From Parvularia atlantis (taxonomy: Eukaryota), in contig CALSCO010001739.1 in NCBI GenBank assembly GCA_943704415.1, positions 1-44,273 of the forward strand: DNA of 44,273 nt, given 5' to 3'. The notes under the pieces are model-generated. The model searched no databases, was not told the DNA's origin, and worked only from the letters and a program-made list of their open reading frames with translations. Of the stretch, positions 11,760-23,488 are shown piece after piece. The stretch's first letter is position 1. Every line of letters begins with the position of its first letter. The position numbers and the translations under genes are program-made.

Positions 11760-12046
11760 CGGGTGAGCTCAACCAAGCCTCGCGACTGCCGGGCCTTTCC
11801 GAGTTCGGGCCAGTACATCTTGGGCAGAGCCCTCTCGGTTTTCAGAGAGTGAACACAGCTGATCACATCGACAGGCACTCCCGCATTTCGCCGAGAGCAC
11901 GACGCCGCACAACGACTTCACGAGACGCTCAGGCGGCAACTGCGTGCCTGCGACGACTCGGACGCCTTTGAACTCGTGCCGGACGCGGCCACGCTCGTGA
12001 TGGTCTTGTGCACTGTGCCCACGCCCACGCCCGCAGCGGCGCACCA
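11760..12046 (+). pseudogene. Decayed 3' fragment of a paralog of the adjacent PLOD-type glycosyltransferase gene
   Basis: RVSSTKPRDCRAFPSSGQYI, ADHIDRHSRIS and HETLRRQLRACDDSDAFELVPDAATLVMVLCTVPTPTP align to the neighbour's RASARKPRECRMFPRSDQCI, ADNIDMSSRIS and HEMLRRQLRVYDDAFELVRDAATFMMDLCTAPTPTP. It carries frameshifts and an internal deletion. Confidence 0.85.
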
Positions 12047-12115
12047 GGCGGCAAGCAACAGAAAAGAACCATGTATGCCATTTGTTGCGAGTTTGATCTT
12101 AGCTGGTTGATACCT

Positions 12116-13503
12116 ATGAGGCGCCACGTCGCGCTGGCGACGTCGGGCACACTGCTGCTGCTGCTGTTCGCGGTGGCTTTCAGAAGCTCGCAGCCGGCGC
12201 CGGTGGTCGTGGCTGCAGTAGCATCCGCATCTTCCGCCGCATCATGCCCGCCGCCGACGCTCAGCCTCCAGCCGGAGCTGCTCCGACACGGACCACGCGG
12301 CGCGCCGCCGCCCGAGCAGGACCTGGCCGTGCCGGCTGCGTGGCGCGACGTCGTGCAGCCGCGCGCTGTGCACCAGTGCATCGCGGATGCCATCAACTGC
12401 TCGAACGACTACGACGACGGCGTGGACGTCGACCCGGGCGCGACGGTCGAGCTGGTCGTGCCGATGTCGACCGCGGGCAGGATCAGGGAGGTCTGCCCGC
12501 TGCTCGAGACGGCCGTGCGCATGGGCTACAATATCACGCTGGTCATCAGCGACCTGGCGCGCTGGAAGACGATTGGCAACCACGAGAAGATCCGCCTGGT
12601 GGACATGCTGATGCGTTTGCGTCGCGCCGAGATCCTGCAGGAGCTCGGGCTGCTCGCTCGGGACATGCACCTCGACGCGACGACGCTGCTCGCGCACGTG
12701 AACGCGACCTCGCACGCCGAGGCCGTGCGCACGTACCTGGACTCGCGGCCGCCGCACCTGTTTGTGGAGTCGGACGCTTTCGACGTGGTGGTGCAGCTGC
12801 CGCCGCGCGCGGTGCTGCGGCGGTGGCGTGCGTACTGGCCTGCGACATCGCGCTTCATCATCAGTGGCGAGGCAAGTCTGTTCCCGTACTACTTGGTCGA
12901 CGATCCGAAGTACAACGCAACCTACGCGCTCAAGCCCGTTGATGAGCCCGGCAAGCCGTTGCTGTTGCCGTTTCCCAACAGTGGTGTGTGGCTGGGCCAG
13001 CTGGACGCCGTGGCGGACTTTCATGCAGAGATGCTCCGCGCGAGTGCAAGAAAGCCGCGCGAGTGCCGCATGTTTCCGAGATCAGACCAGTGCATTGCGG
13101 TCGTGACCCTCGCGGCACGCAACATGACCTCGGCCGACAACATCGACATGAGCTCCCGCATCTCGCAGAGCATGACACCGCACAACGGCTTCAACACCAA
13201 GCGGCACGTTCGCGCATGCACCGACGGACGCCTCCGCCGCACCGACGTCGAGCGCACGCCCGTCTTTGTGCACTTCAACGGGCGCGGCAAGTCGTTCATG
13301 GCCGCGGCGCACGAGCACGGATGGCACCGTCAGCCCGCAAGACTATGCCGCTGGCGCAGTTCCACGTCGCGCACGAGATGCTCAGGCGGCAACTGCGAGT
13401 GTACGACGACGCCTTCGAGCTTGTGCGCGACGCGGCCACGTTTATGATGGACCTGTGCACCGCGCCCACGCCCACGCCCACGCCCACCGCCGCAGCGCCT
13501 TGA
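12116..13503 (+). CDS. Intronless type II membrane glycosyltransferase with a PLOD-GT-like domain; apparent frameshift near 13335
   Basis: Signal anchor MRRHVALATSGTLLLLLFAV; motifs FVESDAFDVV, IISGE, FPNSGVWLG, SDQ and VFVHFNG. The C-terminus continues in another frame to TGA at 13501-13503. Confidence 0.75.
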
Positions 13504-13661
13504 GCACCGTCAGCCTCAACATGTACATATCGCATTGATCGTAGGACAACTATAAGCGCTGGCACAATTCGCAATTTTTGTGTTTTCTGCGACGCCCCGT
13601 CGCGAACGCGTCGCGTGCCCCGCACCTACCTGCGTCTCGGCCCCTGCCCGTGCCTGCGGCC

Positions 13662-16600
13662 ATGGCGTTCAAAGCCGACTTTGGCCTGGACGACTTGGAC
13701 GACATTCTCGGCGACCTGAACGACTCGCTCGCGGGCCTGGACGAGTTCATGGTCACAGACGAGGATCTGCAGAAGCACAACCTGCCCAAGCGCACCTCGG
13801 TCGTGATTGACATGCAGGACGTCAAGCTCGAGGCGCGCCGCGCCGCCCGGCACCGCCTGCTCTCAGCTGACGCAAGCGCCGCGCGCCGCCGTCGCACAAA
13901 CAGGCGCTCAGCCCGGACGAGATGCTCAAGTCGCTCGCGGCCGCTGTTGTCGAGGCGCCGGTCGCTGCGCCGCGCGCGGGCCGCACCGCCGTGACGGCGA
14001 ACACCGCAAGCACTGCGAGCACCGCGAACGCCGTGTCCTCGACCAGTTGCGTGCAACCGCCGCTGTGCGTGCGCTCACGTGCGCCGCACCCCCTACAGAG
14101 AGCGCCTCGCCGCCGCCCGCGCAGGCCGCCGTCGTCGTGCGCGCCCGCCCGCGCCGGCTGTGTGCACGCGCAGAGCTCACGGCCCGTGCCGCGCGGCGCA
14201 GGACGACATCATGGCGCAGCTATCGATGGCCACGCAGGCCGTCGAGTCGATCGACCCGAACGAGCAGCAGAAGATTAAGGAGCGGCGCATCGCCGAGGCC
14301 ATGGAGCGCCTCAAGCAGGCCAACATCAAAAAGGCGTGCTTGCCGGCGCGGGCGCTGGACGTGTGGCCTGGCTCGCTGACCGCACGCGTCGCAGCTCAAC
14401 CTCAAGGTCGGCGTCAACGGCGGATCCAAGACAGTGCCGATCACGTCGCTCATGTCGACCGAGCAGGTGCCGCGCGCAGGCAGGCAGGCCGTGTGGCGCC
14501 CAGCGCCGACACGCACGCGGGCACAGATCATCAGTGACACGCTCGAAAAGGCGCGCCTGGACCCGCACCCGGAATGGACGCTGTTCGAGGTCGTGACGGA
14601 CTTTGGCATTGGTGCGCCGCGCATGCACGGCCTGCACGCGCGCGCGCACGCGTGTGACACGCGACGGACGCGCACAGAGCGCCCAATCAAGCACTACGAG
14701 AAGGTCACCGACATCGTCTACTCGTGGGAGATCGAGACGACCAACACAATCGTCCTGCGCCAATTCCCGGGCAAGCGCGCGCTCAACACGGTGGTGCGTG
14801 CGCTGGAGCGTGCCGCCTGCCGCCCACCGCCCGCTCAGACAGAGCGCGCGCGTGCACGCATGCGCAGAAAACGACGCAAGAGTTCCCGCGCATGAGCGGC
14901 GTGATGTACCTCGAGAAGAAGGGCAAGTGGACCAAGCGCTACTTTGAGCTCAAGTTCTCGGGCATGTACCACTACAAGGACACGAAGGTGCGCGCTCTGT
15001 GCCGCGATGGGGCTTTGCTCACGCGCGCGCACGCCCGCAGCTCTCGCAGGAGACGTTCTTTTGCGCGTGGAACAGCGTCGACGTGTACGACGTGCTCGTG
15101 CCGCGCAAGAAGGCCCCCTCCAAGTACTGCTTTGCGCTCAAGTCGCAGGAGCGCATGTCCAAGTCGGGTGTGTGCCGAGCTGCGCCGGCGTGCGTCGCGC
15201 GCGCTGCTGACCGGACGGGTCTGTGCGGCAGACGTCGATGACCCGTCCGACTACTGCCGCTTCTTGTGCGTGGAGGACGAGGCCGTGCTCGAGCAGTGGA
15301 CATCGGCGCTGCGCAACGCCAAGGTGCGGCACCACACGGGCGCGTGGCGGTCGGCGCTCACGCCTGCGTGGCCTCCGCCAGAACCGCAAGTTCCTCGAGG
15401 ATCACCCAGAGTACCTCGGCGACCCGAGCCTGCTCAACGTCTCGGCCGAGAAGGAGGTGCTCAACCGCCTGCGCGAGGGCTACAAGAAGACGGAGAAGGT
15501 GTGCGCGTGCCCTGTGGCGCTTGAGCGGTTCGGTGCGCTCACGCACATACATGCACGCGCACGGTAGGTGGAGAAGAAGGAGGGCTTGGCTGCCGCGATG
15601 GACATCGAGAAGCAGCGCAAGGAGGAGCTCGACATGCTCCTGCGCAAGGCCGCCGAGATGAAGTCCGAGCAGCAGCAGCAGCCGGCTGCCGCGCCACCGC
15701 CTGAGTTCGCGCCGCCGGTCGTGACGCAGCGGCGCGCCAGCCTCATACCGCCGCCGGACGTGTCCCTACCCACGCCCGTCATTCCGCCGCCCGACACGCC
15801 GCCGCCTGCTCTCCAGCGGCAGTCGATGGCCGGGCCTGCCAGCCTTCCGCCGCCGCTCACCGCTCCGCCGCCCCTCGCGAGCCAGCGCCAGTCGGTTGGC
15901 GCGCCCAATCTGCCGCCGCCGATCCTGCCGTCGAGCCTGCCGCCCGCAAATCGGCCCGTGTCTGCCGTACCCGCACACCTACCCCCGCCTAACCTGCCGG
16001 GCACGCTGCCGCCCGTCCCGGCCATGTCGCCGCCGCTGGACCTCGTGCCTGCGCCACTCGCACGCAAGCCCAGCATCCCGGGCATCCCGCCGCCGACCAC
16101 GCAGACGCCGCCCGTTCCGCTCGCGCGCAAGCCGAGCAACCCGGGCGTGCCGCCGTCCGACCTGCCCTCGCGCCCGCCGCCCGTGGAGCTGCTGCCCGCG
16201 CCGCTGGCTCGCGCGCCCAGCAACCCGACCATGCCGGCGATGCCGCTCATGCCTACGACGGGTGCGCACGCTGTACCACCCGCCGGCTGGTGTCGCTCAC
16301 GCCCGGGCCGCAGCACCTCCACCCGTGGCCGCGCGCAGGAAATCGATCTCGCAGGACGACGAGCCGGCTGCGCCGGCGAACGCCCCGCCCGTGAGCGCGA
16401 AAAAGGTGTGGTCGTGCATGCCCTTGCCTGCCGCGCGCGCCTGACGCCCGCGCCTGACGCCGTGCCGCGCGCGGCAGCCGCTGGGCGGCGTCGCAATGCC
16501 CGGCTTTGCGCCCGTGCCTGGCGCTGCGCCGCGGCCCATGCCCAGCCAGAGCGCGGAGCTGGCGAGCATCGTGAGCGGGTGCGCACGCACGACCTGAAGT

Positions 16601-17119
16601 GTGGCTCGCAGCCTGACGCACGACGCCGCGCCGGTAGCACCGCGACGCCGCCCGTGCCGCCCTCGTCGTCCAAGCCGGCTACGACGGTACGCGCTCGCGC
16701 TCGCGTAGCCCGCACACGGGCTACTAACGACGGCGAGTGCAGACCCCGCTGCCGCCCACGATCGCGCTCAAGCCCAAGACGCCGCCGCCGATCGCGTGCG
16801 TTTGCGCCAGCTGCACGGACGTGCTCTAGGCTGACGAACATGCACCTGCGCGCAGTGGCTTTGGGCAGGTTTCACTTGGCAACCTCCCGCCGCCGCCAGC
16901 TGCCGTGCCGCCGCCAGCACAGGTGTGGCTGTACGCGTGCGTGTGAGTGTTTGCTGACGCAGTGCGCAGCTGCCGCCGCCGCCGGTCGTGCCGGTCGCGC
17001 ACAAGCCCGTGGCCGTGCCCGCGCCGACCGTGCCGCCGTCCACGACCAAGCCACCCGCGGGCAACAGCGAGCTCGAGGAGCGCATGAAGAAGATCGCGGC
17101 GAAGAACTACGTCGCGTGA
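13662..17119 (+). CDS. MRL-family adaptor (RIAM/lamellipodin-like): LD-like N-terminal helix, coiled coil, RA domain, PH domain, long proline-rich tail
   Basis: RIAEAMERLKQANIKKLNLKV...WTLFEVVTDFGIERPIKHYEKVTDIVYSW is the MRL RA domain. MSGVMYLEKKGKWTKRYFEL...EQWTSALRNAK is the PH domain. A Pro-rich exon spans about 15680-16260 and TGA is at 17117-17119. The C-terminal exon boundaries are less certain. Confidence 0.85.
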
Positions 17120-17230
17120 ACGCGCACGGTCGTCATGGAGGATTGTTGCTTTGGCTTGCAAGCAAGGGGTTGTCAGTACTGCTGGACAGAGACAGAAAGG
17201 ACAAGGACAAGGACGCGGGGCTGTGCGGGC

Positions 17231-18175
17231 TCACAGGGTCGCGTAGGGCGTGAACGTGGCCGGGGTTGTCGTCACGCCCGCGCGCAGGGCCTGGCGCGAG
17301 GCCGCGGTGGACGCGGGCACGTAGCGGCCGTGCTCGGGCAGGGCGAGGCGGTCAAAGTCGGCGGCGAGCTCGACGAGCTTGAGGGCGACGTCTGGGCCGG
17401 CGATGCACGGGCCGTGACCGGGCGCGAGGGTGAGCGGCTTGAGCGCGGCGAGCAGGTCGACCGAGTGCTTGGCGGCGACCCAGTCGGACGTGTAGTAGGC
17501 CGGTGGGCCGTGCAGCTCGGGGGCCTGACGCGCGACGGCGAAGAACGACTCCTGCTTGGTCGTGCAGAACGCGTCGCCGACGAGGAGCGTACGGTCGGCG
17601 TCGCGGAAGAAGCTAACGTGGCCGTCGGTGTGGCCGGGCGTGTGGATCCAGCGCCAGCCGGGCAGGACCGACGGCGGGAGGGCGCCGCTGTCGCCCTCGA
17701 GCAGGCACAGGCGGTCGACGATGTCGATCGGGCTGCTCGGGTAGAGCGGCGAGAGGCGGGCCATGGCGCCGCCACCGACGGTCGGGTCGGGCGGCGGGTA
17801 GGCGCACTGGCCGTTGAGGAAGGGCAGCTCGCGGCGATGCGCGTAAACGGGCACGTCCCACTCGTCCGCGAGCGTCCGCACCGCGCCGACGTGGTCAAAG
17901 TGCCCGTGCGTGAGCAGGATGGCCCGCGGCGGCACGTCGCCAAAGTGCCGGCGCACCCAGCGGCGCACGCGCCAGGCCGACAGCGGCAGGCCCGTGTCGA
18001 TCAGGACCCAGTCGTGCGCGTCGGTCTCGGAGCGCACGGCGAAGAGGTTGACGAAGAGGATGGTCAGGCCGTGCACGCCGTGTGCGACGTCGTCCGCGTG
18101 CACGACCTCGCTCGCCTCGAGCGCGAGGCCGTCGTACGCGCCGAGCTTGTGTGCGCCCTTCTCGGTCAGCACCAT
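17231..18175 (-). CDS. Intronless MBL-fold metallo-hydrolase (bacterial type)
   Basis: WVLIDTG, ILLTHGHFDHVG, HTPGHTDGHVSFFR, LLVGDAF and APGHG in one uninterrupted ORF. Confidence 0.9.
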   Translation of the reverse strand: MVLTEKGAHKLGAYDGLALEASEVVHADDVAHGVHGLTILFVNLFAVRSETDAHDWVLIDTGLPLSAWRVRRWVRRHFGDVPPRAILLTHGHFDHVGAVRTLADEWDVPVYAHRRELPFLNGQCAYPPPDPTVGGGAMARLSPLYPSSPIDIVDRLCLLEGDSGALPPSVLPGWRWIHTPGHTDGHVSFFRDADRTLLVGDAFCTTKQESFFAVARQAPELHGPPAYYTSDWVAAKHSVDLLAALKPLTLAPGHGPCIAGPDVALKLVELAADFDRLALPEHGRYVPASTAASRQALRAGVTTTPATFTPYATL

Positions 18176-18348
18176 CTCGGCAGGGGCGTGTTGCGCGTCG
18201 AGTCGACAGGAGAGTGTCGCTCGCCCGTGACTCTGCGCTGACCCGTGCGCATCTGTGCTGACCGATCTCGCGCGACCTGAGGTGATCCGATGAACCTCAT
18301 CCAAGTTAGCACCTCCTAGCGCAACTACAACAGCGGCTACACAGCGCG

Positions 18349-19717
18349 TCAGCGCTCGGACCACGTCCCAGCCCCGGAGCAGCTGTCGGTGATCTCCTGC
18401 TCCTCCACGGTCAGCCGCAGCGTCGCCGCCTCGAGCAGCAGCTCGCGCTTGCTGCGGCTCTCGAGCTTGCGATGGTCCCCACCTGCGAGCGCCGATTCAG
18501 CCGCTGGCTGCAGCACGGCCGCGCTAGCATCGCACCCAGCCGATACGACCCGCCCTGCAGCGCATCGCTGTCGACGCTCTCCTCGGCCCCGGGCTCGTAC
18601 GGCGTCTCCCCGCTCCCGCCCACGCGCGCCCCGCCGCTGCGAGTCCAGTCGAGCCGTGCTGCGACGCGCGACTCAGCACGCCTCACAAGCATGCGCACGG
18701 CAAGCGCACCGGCCTCGTTCGTCAGCTCGCGGTTGAACCGGTGAAAGTCGTTGTTGTGCTCGTCGTGCACCATGTGCGCGAGCTCGTGCAGGAGCACCTT
18801 GCGGATCGTGTCGTAGTAGCGGAAGCCGCGGAAGTCTTGCGGTCGCGCGGTCAGCGCCTCGCCGACTGCGCACGCGCGAAAACGCACTGTCCGTGCGCAG
18901 GCGGAGTGCGATCTCCTGGCCACGGTTGCGGTTGTAGCCGAGGATGGTGTGTTCGACTGACGTGCGCGCGGCGGGTGTGAGCGACCACTGGTGCGAGCGC
19001 GGTGTGTGTGTGCGCACGCGGCGACAGCTCGCGCAGCGTCCCGATGCTCCATTTGTGCGCCTTGAGCAGGCCGCGGATGCCAAGGTCGTCGGCCAGCCTT
19101 CGCGGTACACGTCAGCGGCCTGCAACACGCGTCGCACCGTGCACTGCGCACCGCTGCAGCAGCGCCCGCGCCTTGTCCTGCTCGGGCAGGTCCGGCAGCA
19201 CCTCAACGCGGTGGAAGCGGTACGCAAGCTCGTCCGCCGAGGGCGGCGCGCGGCTGGCCACGGCGGCACGTGGCTGGCGGCGCTGGCGCCTCTGCAGCTC
19301 GGCATCTGACGCAGACGGGTGTGAGCACAGCGCAGGCGCGCGGACGTGCGTGCGCATTCTTGCGTGCCTCGCCCGGCCGCCGCCGCGAGCGACGCCTGCG
19401 TCTGCTTCACGTCGGCCTCGCTGCTCCCGACGAGCATGACCTTGCCGGCGTCCGCCAGCCCGCACTCGGCCAGCGTGCGCTCGGCCGCCACCGCCGCCGC
19501 CAGCTGCCCTGTTGCACATGCGCACGCGTGCTTGGGTAAGCGGCGTTGGCGGCGACACCGGTCACGCACCGCCCTTGAACACCAGCTTCTGCGCAAACGG
19601 CGCCACGCCCGTCAGCGCCAGCAGGCGCTCCTGCAGTTCGGCCACACGCGCGTCCCGCGGCAGGCGCACGGCGTGCGTCGCGCCCGCGAAGCGCACAACA
19701 AGCTCCACGTCATCCAT
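18349..19717 (-). CDS. Ubiquitin-like domain plus WLM (Wss1-like) metalloprotease
   Basis: N-terminal UBL (LQERLLALTGVAPFAQKLVFKG), then ILGYNRNRGQEIALRLRTDNFRGFR, VLLHELAHMVHDEH (HExxH zincin) and a C-terminal KRELLLEAATLRL. Confidence 0.9.
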
Positions 19718-19800
19718 CACGATTGCCGGCGATTGTCACAAAAGTGGCTGGCCACACACGCTAGCCACTTTCGCACGCTTCAGGACTTTGTGTGAGCGAG

Positions 19801-21766
19801 ATGACTGGTTCGTGCCGCGCCCCCGCACACGCCGCGCCCCGCTCACGCCGCGCGCGCATGCAGACGGCAAGTACAAGTACTTCAACGGCTTCGGCACGCT
19901 GCAGTGCTCTGAGGCGCTGCCCGGCGCGCTGCCCAAGGGCCAGAACTCGCCGCAGGCACCCCGCTTTCGCCGCTCGCTCGCTCGCTTGCTTGCTCATACC
20001 GCCGCGCGCCGCAGACGTGCCCGTACAACCTGTACGCGGAGCAGATCTCCGGCACGGCGTTCACCAAGCCGCGCCTGCAGAACCAGTACAGGTGCGCACG
20101 GGGTTGCGCGAGCGCGCGCACACGTGGCCCTGAGCCGTGCGGCAGCTGGTTCTACCGCGTGCGCCCGTCGGTCATGCACCAGCCGTTCGAGAAGATCGAC
20201 GCCGGCCTGCTCAAGAGCAACTTTGACACAGAGGCGACGCCGCTGCCCAACCAGCTGCGCTGGGACCCGTTCGACCTCCCCGCCGACACCGCCAAGGTGG
20301 ACTTTGTGCAGGTGCGCGGCGTGGGCCGGCTCGCGGTGCGTGCCGCTGACGCGCACCGCAGGGCCTCGCGACCGTGTGCGGCGCCGGCTCGCCGACCGTG
20401 CGCAACGGCATGGCCATCCACATGTACATGGCCAACGCCGACATGGTCGACAAGGCGTTCTACAACGCCGACGGCGACCTGCTGATCGGTGCGCGCGGCG
20501 ACCGCAGCAGCACGCGCGGCGCTCACGCCCGTCCGCGCGCCAGTGCCGCAGCAGGGCGCGCTCGATATCCGCACCGAGTTTGGCTTCCTCGAGGTCCAGC
20601 CCAACCAGATCTGCGTAATCCAGGCACGCGCGACCCGCCGCACAACGCCGTGTCCCTGACGCGCTTGGCCCCGCAGCGTGGCATCCGCTTCGCCGTCAAG
20701 CTGCCGGACGGCCCGAGCCGCGGCTACATCTGCGAGGTGTTCAACGGCCACTTTGAGCTGCCCGACCTCGGCCCGATCGGTGCGCGGGCGCACAGGCAGC
20801 ACACGACGTCTGACGTGCACGCTGGCCAGGCGCGAACGGCCTCGCCAACCCGCGCGACTTCCAGATCCCCGTCGCCGCGTTCGAGGACCGCCAGTGCGAC
20901 TTTGCCGTCGTGGCCAAGTTCGGAGGCCGCCTGTTCCAGATGAAGCTTGGCCACTCGCCGTTTGACGTCGTCGCGTGGCACGGCAACTACGCGCCGTACC
21001 GGTATGACCTCGCGCACTTCATGGTCATCAACACGGTGTCGTTTGACCACCCGGTGCGCGCGCTCGCGCGTGCCCCCCTCGCTGCGCCCCTGACCGGCTC
21101 GCGCGCTGTCGCAGGACCCGTCCATCTTCACCGTGCTCACGGCCAAGTCGCTCGAGCCCGGCGTGGCCGTGGCCGACTTTGTCATCTTCCCGCCGCGCTG
21201 GATGGTCGCCGAGCACACGTTCCGCCCGCCGTGGTACCACCGCAACTGCATGTGCGCCGCAGCGGCCGCGGCCTTGCCGTGCGGCTCACGCACACGTTGC
21301 GCGCCGCTGTGCTTCCCAGGTCCGAGTTCATGGGCCTCATCCTCGGCAAATACGACGCCAAGAAGATCGGCTTCTCGCCGGGTGGCGCGTCGCTGCACAG
21401 CACCATGTCGCCGCACGGCCCGGACCGCGAAGCGTTTGACGGTGCGAGCACGCTCCGGCGCGCGCTCTCGGCTGTGCTCACGCCGCACGTGCGAACAGGT
21501 GCGAGCACGAGCGACCTCAAGCCGGTCAAGTACGACAACACGATGGCGTTCATGTTTGAGACGCACTTCATGCTGTCGGTGACCGGTACGCCAAGCGCGC
21601 GCGCGCGCGGGCGCGCACGGCCCACGGCCAGCGCGGCTGCTAATGCGGTGCACATGCACACACAGACTGGGGCCTCACCGGCTGCGGCAAGGTGCAGAGC
21701 GACTACTACAAGGTTTGGCAGACGCTGCAGTCCAACTTTGACCCGGCGTGGAAGCCGTCGGTTTGA
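19801..21766 (+). CDS. HGD: Homogentisate 1,2-dioxygenase
   Basis: [75 protein letters not shown] and MAFMFET. Confidence 0.97.
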
Positions 21767-21876
21767 GTTTGGCCGTGGTTGTGCGCCTCTTTCGCATCTA
21801 GTAAACCGTGCGTCGCTTACGACGCACATGCACGGCGCGACACAACAAAGCGTCAGAGCCACGGCGCCCGACGCGC

Positions 21877-22734
21877 TCATGTCCGGCCTGGCGCGGCGAG
21901 GTGCAGCTCGGGCGCGAGCGTGCCCGAGACGACGATATCGCCGCCGCAAAGGTCGTACCGCACGCCCTGCAGCCGACGGAAGAGGCCGTCCGTGTCCAGC
22001 CGCGAGCGCTCGGGCTCGAGCGAGACGCGCAGGCCGTCGACGAGCACGGGCGCGACTGTGACGACGAGGCGGTGCACGAGGCCCGCGCTCTGCAGCAGCT
22101 GTCCGATCACCGTCGCCCCGCCCTCGACCATCACGCTGGCCACGCCACCCTTGCGCAGCTCGCACAGCACAAACGCGAGCTCGAGCTCGTCCGTCGGCGC
22201 CACCGTCACCGTCGCGCCGAGCGCCTCAAGCGCCGCGATCGCCTCGGCGTCCCGCGACGCCGTGAACACCCACGGCTTTGCGATCTGCAGTAGCCGCGCC
22301 GTCCGCGGGAGGCGCAGCTGGCGGTCGAGCACGATGGGGCGCGGCTGCCGGTCCCAGCGGGCCTGCGCGCGCGGCGTGAGCAACCTGCGGCCGCGGCGCA
22401 CGTGCGCACACGCTACCGGGAAGCGCGCGTTGAGCTGCGGGTCGTCCGACAGCACCGTGCCCACGCCGACGAGGATGGCGTCGTGCGCTGCGCGCAGCGT
22501 GTGCGTCATCACCATCGCATCGTGGCTGCTGAGCGGCAGCGCGCGCCGCCGCGACGTCGCGATTGACCCGTCGAGGCTCTGCGGTGCACGCGTGAGCGCC
22601 CATCTGCGCACGTGCCCGGCCCCCCTTCGCACCTGCGCGAACGACAGGGTCACAAACGGCAGCCCGTCCGACAGGCCCGCTTCGTGCGCCGCCGGCGGCA
22701 GCAGATGCGCCCATCGCGCACGCAGCTCCTCCAT
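21877..22734 (-). CDS. RibD C-terminal domain / RIB7-like pyrimidine reductase, 2 introns
   Basis: PFVTLSFAQSLDGSIA, HTLRAAHDAILVGVGTVLSDDPQLNAR, PRPIVLD and SVMVEGGATVI. Confidence 0.9.
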   Translation of the reverse strand: MEELRARWAHLLPPAAHEAGLSDGLPFVTLSFAQVRRGAGHVRRWALTRAPQSLDGSIATSRRRALPLSSHDAMVMTHTLRAAHDAILVGVGTVLSDDPQLNARFPVACAHVRRGRRLLTPRAQARWDRQPRPIVLDRQLRLPRTARLLQIAKPWVFTASRDAEAIAALEALGATVTVAPTDELELAFVLCELRKGGVASVMVEGGATVIGQLLQSAGLVHRLVVTVAPVLVDGLRVSLEPERSRLDTDGLFRRLQGVRYDLCGGDIVVSGTLAPELHLAAPGRT

Positions 22735-23099
22735 GATGACACGATCGACCGCCAGAATCGCCGATCGGTCGTGGTGCGCAACGGACAGAGACGCGTGTGA
22801 AACGCGGCCGCGACGCGCCGCACACCTGCGACGTGTCGCAGTGTTTCAGCCATAAGTGGTGTGCGCGCGCTAGCACGCCATTGGCCCGCGGGCAAAATGG
22901 CGTTTCAGTCTGTTTGTGGGCGCTATCCTGCCCTCACCGCCCTCATTGCGGTGCACCATATCACCGCGCGCACTCTCGTCGCTTTGCGCGCCGCGCGTGT
23001 TGTGAGCGCCTGTGTGCGCTCTTGTGCTGGCCTGGCTGTGTTGTCTGCTCTCTTTTCTTGTGTGTGCTCACCCCTTAGCTGTGCCGCTCACGCAGGGCA

Positions 23100-23437
23100 A
23101 TGGAGGTCGACGACGCGGCCCTGTACAGCTTCGAGCCGTACCGGCTCACGTTCGCGGCCACGGGCGACGGCGTGCCGGCCGCGCTTGACCCGGTGCAGTG
23201 GGACGCAGCGCTGGCCGAGGGCAAGCGCGCCATGGGCGCCGACGGGCCCGGCGGCAGCGTTGTGATGCAGAACCCCTTCTTCAACGCAGGGCTCACGGGC
23301 GGCGCGGGCGACACGGGCTGGGACGGCGCGGCCGCAGCGCAGGCCCGTCAACAGCAGCAGCAACTACGCCAGCAGCACTTCCAGCGCCAGCAGCTCCAAC
23401 AGCAGCAGTACCTGCAGCAGCAACAGCAGCAGTATCT

Positions 23438-23488
<51 letters not shown>

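Noticed and set aside
11750..11775. tRNA fragment or primer-binding site (ggtggcccacgggtgagctcaacc)
   Set aside because: No proper T-loop complement, and the segment is largely explained by homology to the neighbouring GT gene.
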